A stretch of DNA of 64,000 nt, taken from positions 426,069 to 490,068 of the forward strand of contig CAVYLE010000010.1 in assembly GCA_963769285.1 (NCBI GenBank). The letters are read 5' to 3'. Made by a program: the position numbers and the translations under genes. Positions 60,019 to 64,000 of the stretch are shown piece after piece; positions within the stretch are counted from its first letter, which is position 1; the number at the start of each line of letters is the position of its first letter. Source of the DNA: an uncultured Verrucomicrobiae bacterium (GTDB lineage Bacteria; Verrucomicrobiota; Verrucomicrobiia; Limisphaerales; UBA11358). The notes beneath the pieces are model-generated. The model had not been told where the DNA came from, did no database searches, and saw only the letters and a list, made by a program, of their open reading frames with translations.

Positions 60019-60837
60019 TCACCCGCGCTGCCGGGTCGCTTCGTAAAGGAATATTCCCGTGGCGACGGCCACGTTCAGTGAATTCATGTAAGATGGCATC
60101 GGGATTTCCACCATGTCGTCGCACGCCGTCAGCACGGCCGTCGTCAGGCCCGGTCCTTCCGCGCCAAACACCAGGCAGCAATCGCCCCGCAAATCCACCG
60201 CGGTCAGCTTCCTGGACCCGGGCCGGGGATGCGCGGCCAGACATCGCACGCCCCGCGCACGCAGTGACGTCAGTTTTTCCACCAGGTTGTCCACGTGGAT
60301 CAATGGTTGCTCGAAGGTGGTGCCCATGGCACCGGACACCGCGCGGCGCTGGAACGGGCTGCCGCAAGTCTCGCCCACAATCAGAAAATGCGCGCCAAAA
60401 GCCGCGCAGTTTCGGACCACCGCGCCCAGATTTTCCGCGCTGGCAATGCCTTCCACGGCGGCGAGCAGCAACGGCCGTGGTGAATTTTTCAGGAGCGTTT
60501 CAAAATCCGGCTGCGGCGGGATTTTGGCCACGGCCAGCGCGCCCTGATGCAACTGGTAGCCGGTGATGGTTTCCAGCAGCTTCCGTTCGCCGACATAGAC
60601 GCAGATTTCTTCCTCCGGCCGGGCGCGCAATTGCGGTTCGAGCTGTTCCAGCCACGCGGGCGTGAGCAGGGCGGAGACGACGGTGTACCGGCTCGCCAGC
60701 AACCGTTTGACCACCTTGATATTGGTGGCCACCAACACGCCGGCCCGCTCGTGTTCCTCGACGCGGCGGAGGGTGCAATACAGTGCCAGTTCCGGCGCGT
60801 CGAGAGATTGAACCGGTTGGATGCGCAGGATTGCCAC
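60019..60837 (-). CDS. TrmH/SpoU family RNA methyltransferase
   Basis: ENLGAVVRN, FGAEGPGL and IPM...SLNVAVA. Confidence 0.92.
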   Translation of the reverse strand: MAILRIQPVQSLDAPELALYCTLRRVEEHERAGVLVATNIKVVKRLLASRYTVVSALLTPAWLEQLEPQLRARPEEEICVYVGERKLLETITGYQLHQGALAVAKIPPQPDFETLLKNSPRPLLLAAVEGIASAENLGAVVRNCAAFGAHFLIVGETCGSPFQRRAVSGAMGTTFEQPLIHVDNLVEKLTSLRARGVRCLAAHPRPGSRKLTAVDLRGDCCLVFGAEGPGLTTAVLTACDDMVEIPMPSYMNSLNVAVATGIFLYEATRQRG

Positions 60838-60961
60838 GCCGGAATTAAAGCGCGTGGCGGCAGCAATGAAAAGCGCGAAGAAAAACCAGGTCTGGTGGAC
60901 TCATTACTGGCAATTGCTCAAACGATTTTTGGAAAAATGATTTTACCATATCTCCGGACCG

Positions 60962-63900
60962 TCAGCGCACTTCAAGCAGATAGAACATTTGTGCGGCATT
61001 TGAGCCTGGGACGTTCGTGAACAGGAAATGGCCGTTGGCATCGAAGGGGTTCGTGTCAACGACCGGCCATTGCGCCATCGGCAGAGTGAGATTCGTCGAA
61101 GCCAGCACGTTGAAAAGGCCATTCGTTACGCCACCGCTTCCGCTCATGACAAAAGCCCCGCCGCCACCTGGTGCGACCTGGATGTTTCCAAAGCTCGGCG
61201 GCGGAGGCGCAGCAACAACCAGGTTGACCTGGCCCGGGGTGTTCGTATCGAGGGCGTAATTGTAAGAGTGAACCGTCGGAGTGGCGCCGAGCACGGGGAT
61301 GCCGCCGAGGCTGCCGCTGTAGCGGAACAGGGTGTAGTTGGTGGGCGTGAAACCGCTGCCTGCGCTGACGTTGATGGTTCCGTTCAGGACCAGATTGCCT
61401 GCCACCACCAGGCAGGTGGTGTTGGTGCCGAGGACAAAGTTCAGCGACGAGGCCCCGCCAAGGTTCAAACTGTTGCTGACAATGAGTGTGCTGCCGCCCA
61501 AGGTGATGGCCGGACTGGCGGCTAAGAGATTAGTGTTTTTCACGATGGCCCGGGTGTTGTAGAGCAGCAGGGTGTTGCCGATGCCGTTGGTGGAGAAGCC
61601 ATCCAGGCTGACAGGCGTGGACCCGGGCGCGGAATTGCTGAGGGTCAATTCGGCGTTGTAGAGCTCGAAATTGTAGAGGCCGGCCAGCGTGGTGATGGGC
61701 GAATCCACGAACCGGACGCCTCGGGCGTTGAGGACGTAAAACGATTTGGCGGCAGAGATGGACACGCCGGTAAAGGTCACGTTGGACACCAGCATCTCCG
61801 GCAGGCCCCAGATCGTGCCGGCCCGGTCGGTCGTCGTGGCGATGATGTTGCTGAAAGTGATGTCACGCCAGATGGGTGTCGTGGCGGTGACGGGCTGTCC
61901 CGGGTCCAGCGCGGCGCTGGCGGGGGTCACGGTGTCCGTGTAGCCATAGAGGAGGTTGGTGTAATAGCTGTAAATCATAAACGGCATTTGCGATATGTTG
62001 GTCATTACCAGGTTGGCGTAAGTGAAATTCTGCATGAGATTGCCCCGGTCGCGGTCGCTCTTGAGGTAAATGGCGTCAACGCTGTTGGTCACGAGGCAAT
62101 TGACGACGTAGAGATTTGTGGCGCCGCCGTTGGCCAACGTGCTGCCGACGGCCAGGCCGAGATCGCATGCCAATGTTACAGTCGGCAATAGTCACATTGT
62201 AAGCCGGGCCTTTGAGCACCGGGCCATCGTCGCCATCGTTAATAAAGCAATATTGAACGAGGCAATTGTTGGCGGAGATGTCAATGCCGTCGGTGTTGTG
62301 AGCGCCGGAAGCGGGCGGCTGATTGAGCGTATTGACGGTGATATGCCGGACGTTCACATTCTGACAAAGGCTGTTGAGGTCGAAGTGAAACATCGGCGGA
62401 TTCTGGAGGGTGACGTTTTGCACCAGCACGTTGGTGCAGACGATACATCAGAATCATGTCGTGCGGTCGGAACGCGTTGGTATTGGTTTCGAACACCCAC
62501 CACCAGGGAGCGCCCTGGCCGTCAATGGTCCCCGAGCCGCTGATTTCAACGTCGTGCAGGCGCGAGCCGGTGATGAAATTGGAAAAGTTCGTTGGCCAAC
62601 TGCCATAGGGCAGCATTTGCAGCATCGCGCCGGCGTCAATTTGCAGGTTGATACTGTTGCTGAGATTGAGCGGGCCGGACAGATAAACGCCGGGAGTAAC
62701 GCGAACCGTGCCGCCGCCGGCGAGCGAGGCGGCGTTAATGGTGTTTTGAATCGCCGTCGTATTGGTCACCACGCCGTCGCCCTTCGCGCCGTAGTTGGTG
62801 ACATAAAACGTCTGGTTGGGAATCACCGGCAGGGGAATTGACGGCAGGATGACCAGCAGCCGGCTGGTCGTGGCTGGCAAACCAATGGCGCTGGCGGCCA
62901 GTTGTTTGGTGCCGGTCAGGTTGATGGTGAGGTCGGTGAATGTGGCCAGTCCAGTGGGATCGGTATTGACGGTGTTGATGCCGTCGAATGTTCCGCTTCC
63001 GCTGGTCATGGCAAGATAGACGGTGATTCCGTTGCTCGGGGAATTGTTGCCATAACAGTCAACCAATTGCACGGTGACGTTCGGGGTGATGATCTGACCG
63101 GCGACGGTGTCACTGGGTTGTTGAGCAAACGCGAGGCTTGCCGGTGGCGCGGCCAGAACGTTGAACCCGGCGCTGTTGACCGTTTTCCCGCCCGCCGCCG
63201 CGCGCAAAATTTTCGGGCCGGCGACGGTCAAATTCAAATCGGTGAAGGTCGCAATGCCGTTGGCGTCGGTCGTCCGGCTCAAGGTGCCGTTGAGAATCCC
63301 CGTGCCGCTAAAGAGTGAAATGAAAACCGGCACGTTGGTGGCGAATGTGCCGTCGGAATTGGTCGCGGCCACCTTCACCGCCGGCGAGATGGACGAGCCG
63401 GCGACGGTATCGCCGGGTTGCTGCAGGAATGACAATCCACCGACCGTTGGCGTCGGTCCGCTGGTCAGCAACAGGTCAACGGACTGGTTGGCGGAATTGT
63501 TTACCAGGTAGGCGCCGGGCGCGGACGCGGACGAATTGGCCAGGCCAAAATTAAATGAATCCAGCGTGGTGTATTTGATGAGCACGACCTGCGTCGGATA
63601 GGTCGGGAAAATCGGGACCGACGCCAGACCGATGCAGTTGGACGTTCCACCGGTTTGCAGGGCCGTGACAACCACGCCCGGCACGGCATTGCTGTTCACA
63701 CTCATCCAAATAGTCGCATTGGATAACGTCAGCGTGGTGAGCGGCTGGCTGACGGCGCCCACGGTGTTGGTGACGATGAGAGTGCCGCCCAGCAGGTTGA
63801 TGGTGTTGTTCGTGCTGAAGGCACCGGCGGTAATCGTGTTCGCCCGGACGATGCCCTGACTGACGTTGAGGGTGCCGGACGTAAGCTGGGCGGTGACGCT

Positions 63901-64000
63901 GTTGGTGACCGTCCGGCCGAGCACCAGATTGCTGTTGACCACCAGGGTGGCATTCGCGCCGTTGACGTTCACGATGCCGATGCACGCGTTGTAATTGCCG
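60962..64000 (-). CDS. Large secreted GH28 (polygalacturonase-like) protein with Ig-like and beta-helical repeats; 5' end outside the window; two frameshifts
   Basis: YGAKGDG, GTIDGQG..WW, NTDGID, GDD and LKSDRDRG spread over ORFs 62281..63972, 62076..62429 and 60962..62188. Confidence 0.75.

Overview
GC-rich bacterial chromosome segment, most likely Verrucomicrobiota of the Pedosphaera/Limisphaerales type. This is an inference from the PEP-CTERM protein, planctomycete-type cytochrome c, prepilin-like protein and ECF sigma factors with C-terminal extensions. It carries housekeeping genes (gltA, cysS, tmk, plsC-cmk-aroA-tyrA, dnaG, amidase, cobalamin adenosyltransferase, RluA- and TrmH-family enzymes) interleaved with accessory DNA. 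The accessory DNA comprises: a cassette-like region at 2.4-11.3 kb; a Type IIG restriction-modification gene; an AT-rich three-gene kinase cassette beside a Y1/RAYT-like transposase with 28-bp terminal inverted repeats; a tandem array of five ECF sigma-transmembrane-sensor fusion genes; a YtrA-type GntR/ABC operon; and a frameshifted GH28-like gene running off the right edge. No rRNA, tRNA or CRISPR array was seen. The best candidates for an undescribed system are (1) the ECF array, where every gene has a nucleotide-conserved internal AAAGGAG-N11-ATG before the signal/TM segment and a promoter-like motif 11-12 nt from its start, and (2) the Y1 transposase, whose end motif recurs at cassette boundaries. 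Many palindromic and heptamer repeats fill intergenic DNA, and several sit in frame inside essential genes.
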